Shown: piece after piece, positions 24,929-38,141 of the stretch
Position numbering within the stretch: position 1 is the stretch's first letter
How the letters are laid out: every line of letters starts with the position of its first letter
NCBI GenBank assembly: GCA_950097015.1
Contig: CATNEN010000038.1
Location: forward strand, 10,106,001-10,170,000
Source: Macrostomum hystrix
Lineage: Eukaryota > Animalia > Platyhelminthes
Length of the DNA: 64,000 nt
Direction: 5' to 3'
The notes under the pieces: model-generated
Databases searched by the model: none
The model's input: only the letters and a program-made list of their open reading frames with translations
Told to the model about the DNA's origin: nothing
Translations under genes and position numbers: made by a program

Positions 24929-27900
24929 GAAACCAAACTGACGGTCGCTCTGCCTAAAAAATTGAAAACCGGCAACGATGTCATTGTTCACGGCAGACTC
25001 ACTGGTGCCAGGTGAGATCCTGCTAATGCGGATGTAGTTACTCTCAAATGAAACCAGTCAGCTGACCACCAACCCCACCTGCAGAGTGTCAGCAACTCTG
25101 TTGTCAGACCAAGACGCAGGCAGTCTTCGCATTGAGCTGACTTTCGCCACAGTGGCGGCGGCGGCGGCTGCTGCTGCTGGCGGTCAGATTTCAAGCTTCG
25201 AGGCGGCGCATCGAGGCCCGGGCGGCAGACTGATTGCGGTGGAGCGCGGCTTATTGGGAAGCAGCAGTCAGGACGTTCAAGCTGATCCGGTGTCGTCAAC
25301 TGGCGATTTTTCACTGCGTTTCTCCATCGGGCTCCGTTGCTACGAGGTGAGCTAGGCTGGCAAGTGATTAAACTACTTCTGTGATTGGTTGGGCCAGCCT
25401 GGAGTGGGTGGTTGGCGATGGACGCCTAATTCATGGCACGCTTTGATTGGTTAATTCTTGACTCCGCAGATCTGGCTCAGCAGCGAGCGCTGCCCCGGGT
25501 TCCAGAAGAAGCTGGCGAAATTTTTGCATCGCGACAGCTTCAAGCACTTCAGCCAGCTGCTGCTGAGCGGTCATGCTGCTTTCAGCGAGATCGAGTGTCG
25601 CTCAGAGGAAACTACACTGTTCTATAAGTGCTTCTGTGAGTCTTCTTTTCATATCTAGATACGAGCGTAGTGTAGCTTCGCACATTATTGGTGATTTCGC
25701 CACCAATGAGTTCGTCGAGAATCGTTGAATATCTCGACGATGCCGATGTTTTGTGAATATGGAAGTCTTTTAATCGGATAGAGCGGAACAAAAAAATACA
25801 CGTTGGTGTCTCTTATGGACTACTTAATAGTTAAACAAGTAGTATGTACAGTATGCGCATAACTAAATACGCACGTGATTGCAAAAGTTCAAACTGTGTA
25901 CACTACGCTATACAAACCGGCATTGTCAGGTGAGGCCGGAGACACACGGCCGGATGCAGTGGGGCGCAGGAGCCTCTGGCGCTGCCGTCTATCGCTGCCT
26001 CGCATTGAGAGGCCTCTTTATTCTATCCAAGACGCAATGAAAACTGACCCCGACAGTTCAACTGAATCGCGCATCATTTTGACGATGTCGTTAGGTTTAA
26101 ACGACGCTGACGTCACTGCGATTAGTCAAAAGCGGCTGCTCGTGAAGATCAATGTCAGCATCGGCGATGGCGAACAAATGCCGAGCCAAAGCAGCGAGAC
26201 CGGCCTGCTTGCAGTCGGCGATTCCTTCGTGCCGACACAGCAGCCTGAGGCGCTTCCAGCATCGAGCGACCGGGACTTGGTTGTCGACTTGATCGAAAGT
26301 GGCGCTCAGCCTACGACTGGGGAGCAGATAAAAAAGGAACAGATACTCGTAGAGAGGCCAGCAGTTTCTTATGCTGTTGCATCCAATAATCTACCAGGTC
26401 GGCTGGATAACCGGACTCAGTCTAGCGAGCCAGAACCAGAAAATGCTGCCTTGCTTCCGTCGAGAAAAGTTCCCGAAGACTTTAAAACTCCAATAGCGCA
26501 GACTACTCAAGTTGATCAGGCTCTATCAACCGAGCTCACAGAACCATGGCGAGAGAACTATTCTCAAGACTTCGAACGGGACGATTCGATTGTCAAAGAG
26601 CCAGACTATGAGGCGGAACTGCAGGGACTTGAAGACTCGCTCATACTGAGCCGTCCACAGCGCTGCGACGCTTCTCAGTCAAGCGACTTGCTTTGGCCGC
26701 CAAATGAAGAAGTTAATGATGCTGAGACTGCTCAGAAACATTCAGTTCTTAACCTTGAAAAAATCGGAGACTTTATTGAACCGACAATAACTGACACTGA
26801 GCTGGCAATCGAGCAGCTGCTATCGCCGAATTCCGAGCTTGAAGAACTGATGCTGGCAAATTCTCCATCGGACTCGGATTTGGCCACGGAGAATGTCCGG
26901 AAAGCACCGACTCACAAAACATTTGCTGAGAATCGTCCTCGTCGCCGAGTTGAACCGACCATTACGCCGTTTGTGTGTCGCGCCGAGCGTTCAGCAACGC
27001 CGGACAGCCTGGGCGGAGTCCAGAGTCGGTCGCCAAGCGCATCGATAGGCCGCCCAGTCATTGAAGAGAGGACAGGAGATACCGATAGTGTGCTGACGGA
27101 CACTGATGAAGACCCAAGCTCTGAGCAGCAAGAGGGGCTGATTGATATTGAGTCGTACTTGTGCAGTGCCGAGCACTCCAAGTATTACAATGAGAGCCTG
27201 TCAGCTGAACTATCTGGAAAGCAAGAACAAGAGGCTGTACACCGGACTTCAAGGCAGAGCGTATCAAGCTCCGGCTCGATTGAACCAGCTGGCTTGGACG
27301 AGGAAGAAGTATCTTTCAAACGTCATGACGTCCAAGAGGAGCGAAGCAACAGTACTCGTAGGGTTGAGAACGAATGTTTGGTTGCGAGAGCCAAACAGGA
27401 TTCCCCGCCTGCTGGTCGAATGAACGAATTAACTCAACGCTCTGATCAAGGTCGAAAGATTTCTGCAGTAGATGGAGTTTCAATCGAGGACCTGAAAGCC
27501 TATGAAAGGACAGCAAATGCCCTGGTTGAGGAGGCGCTGTGTGAGGCTGTGGACAAGATCGCACAGGCTTCTACGAATTGCTCAGGCCCTGCGCATCAGG
27601 ATAAACTGCGTAGACAGATTCAGCCGACAGAAATTGAAAAACTCACGAAAGAATTGTTGATGGAAGATAAACAGCAGCAACTGGACAACCAGTGCCAGCA
27701 ATCATCGAGGCAACAAGCGCCATTCAATAATCAAGTGCCGATCCCAACTGCGGTTGAATGTGAGAACACAGGCGCTACCGACATGTCAAGCGAGACTGCT
27801 ACACGAGCACGACACAAGAGAGTCATGAACTACTTGACAAACCAAACTCAAGAGCATAATACGCTGTCAGTAGAGCTTAGTGAGCCAACTGAAACACGCG

Positions 27901-30900
27901 ACCAGGAGCTTGCACTACAGAAGCATCAGTACACGGACAGTGCTGCATCAGCAGAGCGATATCAGCCAACTATAACACGTGAGCAGGAGCTCGCACCAGC
28001 AGAGCGCTATCAGTACACGGACCGAGCTGCATCAGCAAAGCGTTATCTGCCAACTGAAACACGTGAGCAGGAGCTTGCCCCAGCATGGCATCATCAGCCA
28101 ACTGAAACACGTCAGCTGGAGCTCGCACCAGCAGGGCGTTATCAGCCAAATGAAACACGTGAGCAGGAGCTTGCACCAGCAGGGCGTTTTCAGCCAACTG
28201 AAACACGTGAGCTGGAGCTTGCCCCAGCATGGCATCATCAGCCAACTGAAGGACGTGACCAGGATCTTGCACCAACAGGGCGTTATCAGCCAACTGAAAC
28301 ACGCGAGCAGGAGCTCGCACCAGCAGAGCGCTATCAGTACACGGACCGAGCTGCATCAGCCAAGCGATATCTGCCAACTGAAACACGTGAGCAGCAGCTC
28401 GCACCAGCAGAGCGTTATCAGTACACGGACCGAGCTGCATCAGCAGAGCGTTATCTGCCAACAGAAACACGCGAGCAGGAGCTTGCACCAGCATGGCATC
28501 ATCAGCCAACTGAAACACGTGAGCAGCAGCTCGCACCAGCAGAGCGCTATCAGTACACGGACCGAGCTGCATCAGCAAAGCGTTATCTGCCAACTGAAAC
28601 ACGTGAGCAGGAGCTTGCCCCAGCAGGGCGTTATCAGCCAAATGAAACACATGAGCAGGAGCTTGCACCAGTAGGGCGTTTTCAGCCAACTGAAACACGT
28701 GAGCAGGAGCTCGCACCAGCAGGGCGTTATCAGCCAACTGAAACACGTGAGCAGGAGCTCGCACCAGCAGGGCGTTATCAGCGAACTGAAACACGTCAGC
28801 TGGAGCTCGCACCAGCATGGCATCATCAGCCAACTGAAGGACGTGACCAGGATCTTGCACCAACAGGGCGTTATCAGCCAACTGAAACACGCGAGCAGGA
28901 GCTCGCACCAGCAGAGCGCTATCAGTACACGGACCGAGCTGCATCAGCCAAGCGATATCTGCCAACTGAAACACGTGAGCAGCAGCTCGCACCAGCAGAG
29001 CGTTATCAGTACACGGACCGAGCTGCATCAGCAGAGCGTTATCTGCCAACTGAAACACGTGAGCAGGAGCTCGCACCAGCAGGGCGTTTTCAGCCAACTG
29101 AAAAACGTCAGCAGGAGCTTTCCCCAGCATGGCATCATCAGCCAACTGAAGGACGTGACCAGGATCTTGCACCAACAGGGCGTTATCAGCCAACTGAAAC
29201 ACGCGAGCAGGAGCTCGCACCAGCAGAGCGCTATCAGTACACGGACCGAGCTGCATCATCCAAGCGATATCTGCCAACTGAAACACGTGAGCAGGAGCTT
29301 GCACCAGCATGGCATCATCAGCCAACTGAAACACGTGAGCAGCAGCTCGCACCAGCAGAGCGCTATCAGTACACGGACCGAGCTGCATCAGCCAAGCGAT
29401 ATCTGCCAACTGAAACACGTGAGCAGGAGCTTGCACCAGCATGGCATCATCAGCCAACTGAAACACGTGAGCTGGAGCTCGCACCAGCAGGGCGTTTTCA
29501 GCCAACTGAAACACGTGAGCTGGAGCTCGCACCAGCAGGGCGTTTTCAGCCAACTGAAACACGTGAGCTGGAGCTTGCCCCAGCATGGCATCATCAGCCA
29601 ACTGAAGGACGTGACCAGGATCTTGCACCAACAGGGCGTTATCAGCCAACTGAAACACGCGAGCAGGAGCTCGCACCAGCAGAGCGCTATCAGTACACGG
29701 ACCGAGCTGCATCAGCAAAGCGTTATCTGCCAACTGAAACACGTGAGCAGGAGCTTGCCCCAGCATGGCATCATCAGCCAACTGAAACACGTGAGCTGGA
29801 GCTCGCACCAGCATGGCATCATCAGCCAACTGAAACACGTGAGCTGGAGCTCGCACCAGCAGGGCGTTTTCAGCCAACTGAAACACGTGAGCTGGAGCTC
29901 GCACCAGCATGGCATCATCAGCCAACTGAAGGACGTGAGCAGGATCTTGCACTAACAGGGCGTTATCAGCCAACTGAAACACGCGAGCAGGAGCTTGCAC
30001 TAACAGGGCGTTTTCAGCCAACTGAAACACGTGAGCTGGAGCTTGCCCCAGCATGGCATCATCAGCCAACTGAAGGACGTGAGCAGGATCTTGCACTAAC
30101 AGGGTGTTATCAGCCAACTGAAACACGCGAGCAGGAGCTCGCACCAGCAGAGCGCTATCAGTACACGGACCGAGCTGCATCAGCAGAGCGTTATCAGCCA
30201 ACTGAAACACGTGAGCAGGAGCTCGCACCAGCAGAGCGCTATCAGTACACGGACCGAGCTGCATCAGCAGAGCGATATCTGCCAACAGAAACACGTGAGC
30301 AGGAGCTCGAACCAGCATGGCGTTATCAGCCAACTGAAACACGCGAGCAAGAGCTTGCACCAGCATGGCATCATCAGCCAACTGAAGGACGTGAGCAGGA
30401 TATTGCACCAACAGGGCGTTATCAGCCAACTGAAACACGTGAGCAGGAGCTCGCACCAGCAGAGCGCTATCAGTACACGGACCGAGCTGCATCAGCCAAG
30501 CGATATCAGCCAACTGAGACACTTGAGCAGGAGCTCGAACCAGCATGGCGTTATCAGTACACGGACAGAGCTGCATCAGCAGGGCGATATCAGCCAACTG
30601 AAACACTTGAGCAGGAGCTCGCACCACAGAATTATCAGTACACGAACAGTGCTGCACCAGCAGGGCGCTATCAGCCAACTGAAACACGCGAGCTGAAGTA
30701 TCAGTACATGGAAAGTGCTGTGTCTGCAGAGCTCGATCAGCCAAGGCATAGACGTTTGTCTAAGCCAGAGCTTGATAGATCAACCACTGCGCATAAACCG
30801 AAGAATACAGTCTCTGACAATGAGCTTACATCACCACAGCAAAGACTGCATGATACGAGCCAGCAGAGTCGATTGCGACATCCGGGCAACCTCGGGGCCA

Positions 30901-31717
30901 GGAGTCCTCCTGTTGTGTCCAATTTTTCTTGTCTCGTCGAAAGTCGGAGAGTCTCTAGTATCGGCAGCGGAGACACGGCAAGCTCAGCGGACTCTCCAAG
31001 GATCTCCCAGTTTAGTTGTCGAGTGAATCCCAACGGAGGCATTCCTGAAGCAAATAAGACTAGCCCGATGAGCACCTTGGCCGCACTGGAGCAGCCAGCA
31101 TCACGACAGAGCATCTGCTCGTCATCGACTGTCGAAGAAGACGAATGGGATGAAATCAATAAGTGCTTCGTTTCTGTGTACGTCCTATAACTATTGGTAT
31201 TGAAAGTACATTTAGAAAATTTACAACATTAACAAATCCTCAGAATGGAATGCTTCGAACTGTTGTCGCAATTTCAGGACGCGAATTTCTGAGCCACAGA
31301 GACTGCAAGCCGAGCCACGCCGGAGAGCGCACCCCATTCGCAAGTCCCACCCAGTTTGCCAACTGACAGTGTCTGCTAATCAGGTGGAGGTCACCTGGCT
31401 GCCCAGCCTGAGCTACCAGTACAAGCCGCTCATAGGGCCTAATGGCAAGGAGTTGGACGCAGACACGAATGTCATCAGGCAGACACTGAGAGCTACGTAT
31501 CTGAAGTCGATTGGCTTCGATCTGTCCGATGGCGGTTGCGATGTGAGTTTCCCAGCTCCGAATCGAGTTGTTGCTTCACACATGAATATAAAATGTATTA
31601 AATGTTATTCTATGCTATTTAAACCTGTACTTTTAGGTGGTCGTGAAGCAGGTCTATCCAGAAAATTCTACCTACACCGGCGTTTCATCTGACATCCCGA
31701 ATCGACACGAAGACTAA
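24929..31717 (+). CDS. Uncharacterised ~2000-aa protein with a 5.2-kb exon containing a coding minisatellite; 5' exons uncertain (candidate ATG 23730, candidate exon 24027-24128)
   Basis: Phase-consistent exons 24929-25011, 25085-25346, 25470-25635, 25930-31162, 31278-31542, 31637-31717 (TAA). A 1771-codon open frame spans the large exon. Confidence 0.8.
27880..30720 (+). repeat. Coding minisatellite of 48-nt (TETREQELAPAxxxQP) and 36-nt (TDRAASAKRYLP) modules
   Basis: Visible in DNA and translation. All modules are multiples of 3. Confidence 0.95.
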
Positions 31718-31869
31718 AATATTGATTTAATTCTCGCAAGACTATTATGATTAAATGAAGGACACTTTGCCAAATTATGTCGTTGAACAAATGTTTTATA
31801 AATTGCAGCAAGTTTTTATTAATCATAATATTTAACATGTGCAGCATGCATATTTAACATCTTTGATTA

Positions 31870-32125
31870 CACATGCCATAATTGGGTTCAGATGGCATGA
31901 GGAGGAGGGCTGCGTCTGGCTGTTCAGTCCATGGACTGGAGGGTAAGCGACACCCATCCTTAATTACCCCAGCTGATCGATGCTGGTACCCATTTAACAG
32001 CTGGGTGAACTGAAGCAATGCAGAGTTTAGTGTCCCGCTAAAGAACACAAATTGTTCTATTGAAGTCGGGATTCGAACCCCAGACCTTTAGGTCGTACGT
32101 CCGACGCTCCAACAGCTAGGCTAAT
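31870..32125 (-). mobile_element. tRNA-derived SINE, family 1
   Basis: B-box ggttcgaatcc and CORE-like block, homologous to the 24500 copy. Confidence 0.85.
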
Positions 32126-32959
32126 ACACAATACCCCTCAAATAATTTCACTTTTGACAAGATTTAGTTTGCAATATTTTATACTTAACAAAAATACACA
32201 AGCTTACGTTTATCACCTATATTTATCCTATCCGTTACAAGGCGAAAAAAAGTAGAAAAGGGGAATGGCCGGTTGGTTCTCAGCGAACATTTCTCAGTGT
32301 CAGCATATCGCTAGCAATCATAGCGGCTTGAGTTCTGTATTTAGTAAAATTTATTACTATTTTATACAAAAAAGCCACACACGCCATCAAAGAAATGGCT
32401 AGCTGTGGAATATTTGTTAATCTTGTCACAATCTGTTTTTGCCGCAGCAGAAACTCGCGGATGCCGAAAAATCTCGCGTTATTTACCAAAGCGCTACCGA
32501 ATAACAAAAGAAGAAGACACACACCTACAAGGTCTGCCTGTTTGGCATAATTTCTATTAGAAATGGCAGACAATGCATAACAATAAACAGTTGAAAAGTA
32601 GAGCACACTCGCGATGACAGAGGGAGAAAATGTGTGTATATGTAGCATCTAATTTCAGCCAGGAATACACAACATTACTTTTCGTTGTCAAATCAAAGGC
32701 CAATAGAGTTTTAAAGACAATTGTAATCAAAAGTAACTTAAAGTAAATTTTAAAAATAAAATTTTTGTTGGCAACAGAAAAAATAGATGTGAAAATTGTA
32801 ATGGAAGATCGGCTATGATTGAGTTTCATATATAAACAGTTTATTTAAGAAAAAGAGAAATAGGAAAATTGACAGTTTCAGTTTTTGTGACTGCTTGCCG
32901 GCTTTTTACGGGCTATTTGAAACTGAGAGAATCGCTTAGGGATTTCAAGAGGATTCGGG

Positions 32960-33580
32960 GCGGATTGCTTTAGGATTTAAATAAGGATTGCTTTCGGATT
33001 TTGGAGAGGATTGCCTTTGGATTTGGAGGAGGATTGCTTTTGGATTTGGAGGAGGATTGCTTTTGGATTTGGGGGAGGATTGCCCTTGGATTTGGAGGAG
33101 GATTGCTTTTGGATTTGGAGGAGGATTGCCTTTGGATTTGGAGGAGGATTGCTTTTGGATTTGGAGGAGGATTGCTTTTGGATTTGGAGGAGGATTGCCT
33201 TTGGATTTGGAGGAGGATTGCTTTTGGATTTGGAGGAGGATTGCCTTTGGATTTGGAGGAGGATTGCCTTTGGATTTGGAGGAGGATTGCTTTTGGATTT
33301 GGAGGAGGATTGCCTTTGGATTTGGAGGAGGATTGCCTTTGGATTTGGAGGAGGATTGGTTTTGGATTTGGAGGAGGATTGCTTTTGGATTTGGAGGAGG
33401 ATTGCCTTTGGATTTGGAGGAGGATTGCTTTTGGATTTTGGAGAGGATTGCCTTTGGATTTAGAGGAGGATTGCCTTTGGATTTGGAGGAGGATTGCTTT
33501 TGGATTTGGAGGAGGATTGCTTTTGGATTTGGAGAAGGATTGCTTTTGGATTTTGGAGAAGGATTGCTTTTGGATTTGGA
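32960..33580. repeat. Minisatellite, 23-bp unit ggattgcttttggatttggagga, 3' of CYRI
   Basis: Tandem copies. Confidence 0.95.
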
Positions 33581-33879
33581 GAACATTTTGAAAGTTAAAA
33601 GGGATTAAAGGGATTTGTGAAATATATTGCTAGCTAGTTTTAGGAGAGTTTTAGGGATCTAGAGATTCTCTTAACAATTATTACTAAGCGTGAAATAATT
33701 CTAGGAGGCCAACAATAGTCATGAATGTAAAATAAAAGTTACTCGCAAAAATCATGATTGACGGAATAGGAAAATTACAGTGCATAGTGGAGCAGTGAAT
33801 TGTAGCAATTTATAAAAATCTCAACGCGTGCACCGCAGTGATAACGGAAGGCCACACCAGCTCGCAGCCGGCTCAGCAT

Positions 33880-36800
33880 TCAGACGGACAGCATTTGCTG
33901 GAGCGACTTGGGCGTGCTCGGACTATTCAAAGTTCTCGTGCTGTACCTGAGCACGTTGAGCAAAGCGTCACACAGTTGCCTATTGTAGCCGGGCAATTGG
34001 TGATCTTCTTTTAGAAGGCGAATGCAGGCACGAATGTCCACCAGGGTGCCGCGAGCGAACACGCCTAGCGGGTGCACATAGTCGTACAGGACGCAGACGC
34101 CAACCATAACGCGTAGGCAGAGGGGAACAGTTTCCTGATTGGGAGATAAATGGGATTTGGGGAAATTTGGGAATACCGCCAATCCAATGCGAGAATAATA
34201 AGATATTCTTCCTTGGGTCCAAATTTGGACCTAATTTCTAAATTTCCGCCATAGGCCCAAATTTGGGCATTCCGTGAAACAATTTAATTGCAGAATCTTC
34301 AAGGAACAATAATCCATTTTAGAGGATATTCAGGGAACCATAATCCATTTTAGAGGATATTCAGGGAACCATAATCCATTTCAGAAGATATTCAGGGAGC
34401 CATAATCCATTTCAGAAGATATTCAGGGAGCCATAATCCATTTCAGAAGATATTCAGGGAGCCATAATCCATTTTAGAGGATATTCAGGGAGCCATAATC
34501 CATTTTAGAGGATATTCAGGGAGCCATAATCCATTTCAGAAGATATTCAGGGAACCATAATCCATTTCAGAAGATATTCAGGGAGCCATAATCCATTTCA
34601 GAAGATATTCAGGGAGCCATAATCCATTTTAGAGGATATTCAGGGAGCCATAATCCATTTCAGAAGATATTCAGGGAGCCATAATCCATTTCAGAAGATA
34701 TTCAGGGAGCCATAATCCATTTTAGAGGATATTCAGGGAGCCATAATCCATTTCAGAAGATATTCAGGGAGCCATAATCCATTTCAGAAGATATTCAGGG
34801 AGCCATAATCCATTTCAGAAGATATTCAGGGAGCCATAATCCATTTCAGAAGATATTCAGGGAGCCATAATCCATTTCAGAAGATATTCAGGGAGCCATA
34901 ATCCATTTCAGAAGATATTCAAGGAGCCATAATCCATTTCAGAAGATATTCAGGGAGCCATAATCCATTTCAGAAGATATTCAGGGAGCCATAATCCATT
35001 TCAGAAGATATTCAGGGAGCCATAATCCATTTCAGAAGATATTCAAGGAGCCATAATCCATTTCAGAAGATATTCAGGGAGCCATAATCCATTTCAGAAG
35101 ATATTCAGGGAGCCATAATCCATTTCAGAAGATATTCAGGGAACCATAATCCTTTTCAGAAGATATTCAAGGAACCGCCACAATTAACTAGACACCAATG
35201 AGCTCACCTCAGGCTTTTGAAGTCTCTGACGCAGTTCAGCATTGGCTACCAGGCCGCGACAGATATCGGCAATGGCGGCCAGACACTCGGAGGTGGTGTT
35301 GACTGGCAGATTCTTGTGAGCGGACATGAAAGTGCCAGTGCACTCAGTCAATAGGCGCATCATTGGGGTGTGCTGGGCGAAGAAGATGCTCATCTTGCTG
35401 ACCTCCTCGTCTGTTAGAGCGCCTTCGGTCTGTGGTGGCAATTATTGGTGTTTTTGAGCTGTAAATTTAGATTCGAGCTCTTGACCTTCCAGTCAGAAGT
35501 CCCTCCCGACAATTTTTGTGCTGCAACTAACTTTTGTGCTGTTCTCCAGACCGTCTAGATAGTCAATGTTTCTGGCCGAAGGTCTGAATTTTCCCATACC
35601 CGAATGTGCCTGCATCATCTCCGTCTTCGGTGGTCACCAACCTTTATCTAGACGGATTTGCTGGACCTTCAAGGGCTAGAACAGGTGGAAATAGGCCACT
35701 ATGGACACCCTGACGCGGACACCCAGAGACTTGCGCGGAGCATCTGAAGGCAGCATACGCGCCACATCCACCCTTAATTACCCCAGTTCAGGGTGACCTG
35801 AAGCAATGGTCAGTTTAGTGTCAACCTCAACCATTAGTGCCCGACTAAAATAGATTAAGAATTATTTCGAATGATAAAAAAAGAATTCTTACAACCTCGA
35901 CATCTACAAATATAAATATTCAGACCTTAGATGACTAAGAAGTGATTAAGGTGTAGTGATGAGGTGTATCTTAAAATGGCTGTATCATAAAAAATGCTTT
36001 ATCACTGCAAGTACGAGTATAATTAAAATGATTTGCGTTTAATGCACAGAAAAACACATGATTTTATTTATACCTTGCTTTAGAACCATCACTCCGTTAA
36101 ATAGTTATCGACTGTTTAACTGAATTTACTATCGAAATATATATTTAGATAGCTAATTAAATATTTTCATGGACACACGAACCAAACTATGGAATCAGGA
36201 ATGAAATAACAAGAATGGACAAGAAAGCCATTTTTGTCCCTTTAGTAGAACACTAAACTGAGCATTGCTTCAGGTCACCCTGAACTGGGGTAATTAAGGG
36301 TGGATGTGGCGCGTACGCTGCCTTCAGATGCGCCGCGCAATAGCTGCTGCTGTGCTGTCGGCTGCACATGTGGCCTGATTGGAGCAGGAGCTATCAATTA
36401 TAACAGCAGAACTACCAAGGTAAGGGGACTTTCCCCCACCCCCAGGCAATTTATTGTTCTGCACTTGAACGGAACAACACAAGCACACGAAACTCAAGAA
36501 CACGGGCTAACTTCTTGTTGCGAAACTTCTGAAACGAGAATCAAGTCGTCAGCACTTCAGACCGTCGAGACATTCAATGGTTCTGGCCGAAGGTCTGATT
36601 CCCAATAGCGCTAGTGTATTTTATTCACCCCTATACACAAATTAGCACTGCGCCTCAGTGCGGCCTTGCCAGGCCTTCAAAATTGATCAGCATGTCACCC
36701 GAATGTGCCTGCATCATCTCCGTCTTCGGTGGTCACCTACCTTTATCTAGACGGACTTGTGGGACTTTCAAGGGCGACAACAGGTGAAAATAGGCCACTA

Positions 36801-38141
36801 TGGACTACTTTTCAGCTAGTGATTGCGAATTCTCAGGTAGCTACTAACCTTGAAGCGCCGATGTACTCGCTTGTAATAGCTCAAATCGTTCGTCATAGTG
36901 GGTGTCTTCATCTTGACTTCATCGAATTTGATGACAAAGTCAATGATCAAAGCGAACTGTGTAAACAGGGCCTGCTGCTGTTCAAGATGCTCTTTGGCAG
37001 TCTGCTCAGCTGAGCACAGCGACTCTAACAGGGCGCTAATTAGCGACTCCAATTCCTGGCCGAAGCTGTAGGCCTCCTGGAGGCGTCGGACAAGGCTCTG
37101 GACGCTCTCCCAGGCGCGCTGTTGAACCTCCGCACTGTTAGGATCGTTTAGAGCGTCGCGAATGTCGGCGGCGGCGCCGGGATAATCGCGCATCGATTGC
37201 ATAATCTCATCTGCCCGACCGAGCACGGCCACGGATCTGGTGTATTGCGGCTGCTCAGACTCCGTCGGCTCTGCGACTGCGGGGAGGGCGTTTTGAATTT
37301 ATGATAATCCCGTAGGATTATTAGATAATCCCGTAGGATTATTAGATAATCCCTTAGGATCATTAGATAATCCCTTAGGATTATTAGATAATCCTGAATG
37401 ATTATCTGATAATTTCGTAGGATTATAATTTGATAATCGCGTAGGATTATTTGATAATCCCGCAGGATAATTTACTAATCCCATAGCATTATTTGATAAT
37501 TTCGTAGGATTATTGGATAATCCTGTAGGATTATTGGATAATCCTGTAGGGTTATTGGATAATCCCGTAGGATCATACTATAATCCCGCACTTTTATAGT
37601 AAAATCTCATATTTTTATATGATAATCCCACAGAATTGTATGGTAATCTTGAAGGATTGTGTGTTAATTCTGTAGGGACTATATGGAGATCCTGTAGGAT
37701 TATATGGTCATCTTGTAGGATAATAAGGTCATCTTGTAGGATTATACGGTCATCTTGTAGGATAACATAGTCATTTGTAGGGATATATGGTAATGCTTTA
37801 CGATATAGTAGGACTATACGATAATCCTATTGATAAGTAATGGGAGATGAGCAATTAATAAATGATGGGGGATGGACAGAGAGAGGATAAGAAGGAGAGA
37901 ATAATTATGGGAAAACATTTAAAGAGAGGGTTATAAATATATTTATCAAGTCAGAGATGATCAAACTTAAGGACAGTTACCCATAACAATGAAGCAGATA
38001 ATAAACATTCTAAAGATGCTACCTGGCAGACAATATAACAAATATTGAATTAGCGAACTTACACTCCATGTCAATGTAGACATCTGACTTTCTCTCCGAG
38101 CCCGATTCAGATCTAGTCAATATGCGCAGGAGATTACCCAT
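33880..38141 (-). CDS. CYRI: CYFIP-related Rac1 interactor (CYRI/FAM49 family), 4 exons
   Basis: Exons 38141-38063, 37276-36849, 35429-35208, 34134-33880 with consistent phase. MGNLLRIL N-myristoylation start; AEPTESE; HLEQQQALFTQFA..FDEVKMKTPTMTNDLSYYKR; KMSIFFAQHTPM; ETVPLCLRVMVGVCVLYDYVHPLGVF; LLNVLRYST. Confidence 0.95.
34300..35176. repeat. Minisatellite, 31-bp unit ataatccatttcagaagatattcagggagcc, filling CYRI intron 3
   Basis: ~28 highly homogeneous copies. Confidence 0.95.
36420..36808. mobile_element. Unclassified interspersed repeat (family 3), longest copy
   Basis: Homologous to 17440-17795 and 35497-35705. Confidence 0.75.
37300..37830. repeat. Minisatellite, 21-bp unit gataatcccgtaggattatta, in CYRI intron 1
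   Basis: Tandem, diverging copies. Confidence 0.9.

Noticed and set aside
27970-30744. 924-aa antisense ORF (and the SRSSHQQ-type alternative + frames)
   Set aside because: Confined to the in-frame repeat array. A stop-free unit repeated in multiples of 3 produces this automatically, and it has no splice or terminal context.
32945-33608. Several ~150-210-aa ORFs (WIWRRIAFGFGGG...)
   Set aside because: Translations of a stop-free 23-bp minisatellite.
34300-35176. Regular ~31-bp repeat as a CRISPR array
   Set aside because: Head-to-tail units with no unique spacers, no cas genes, inside a eukaryotic intron.
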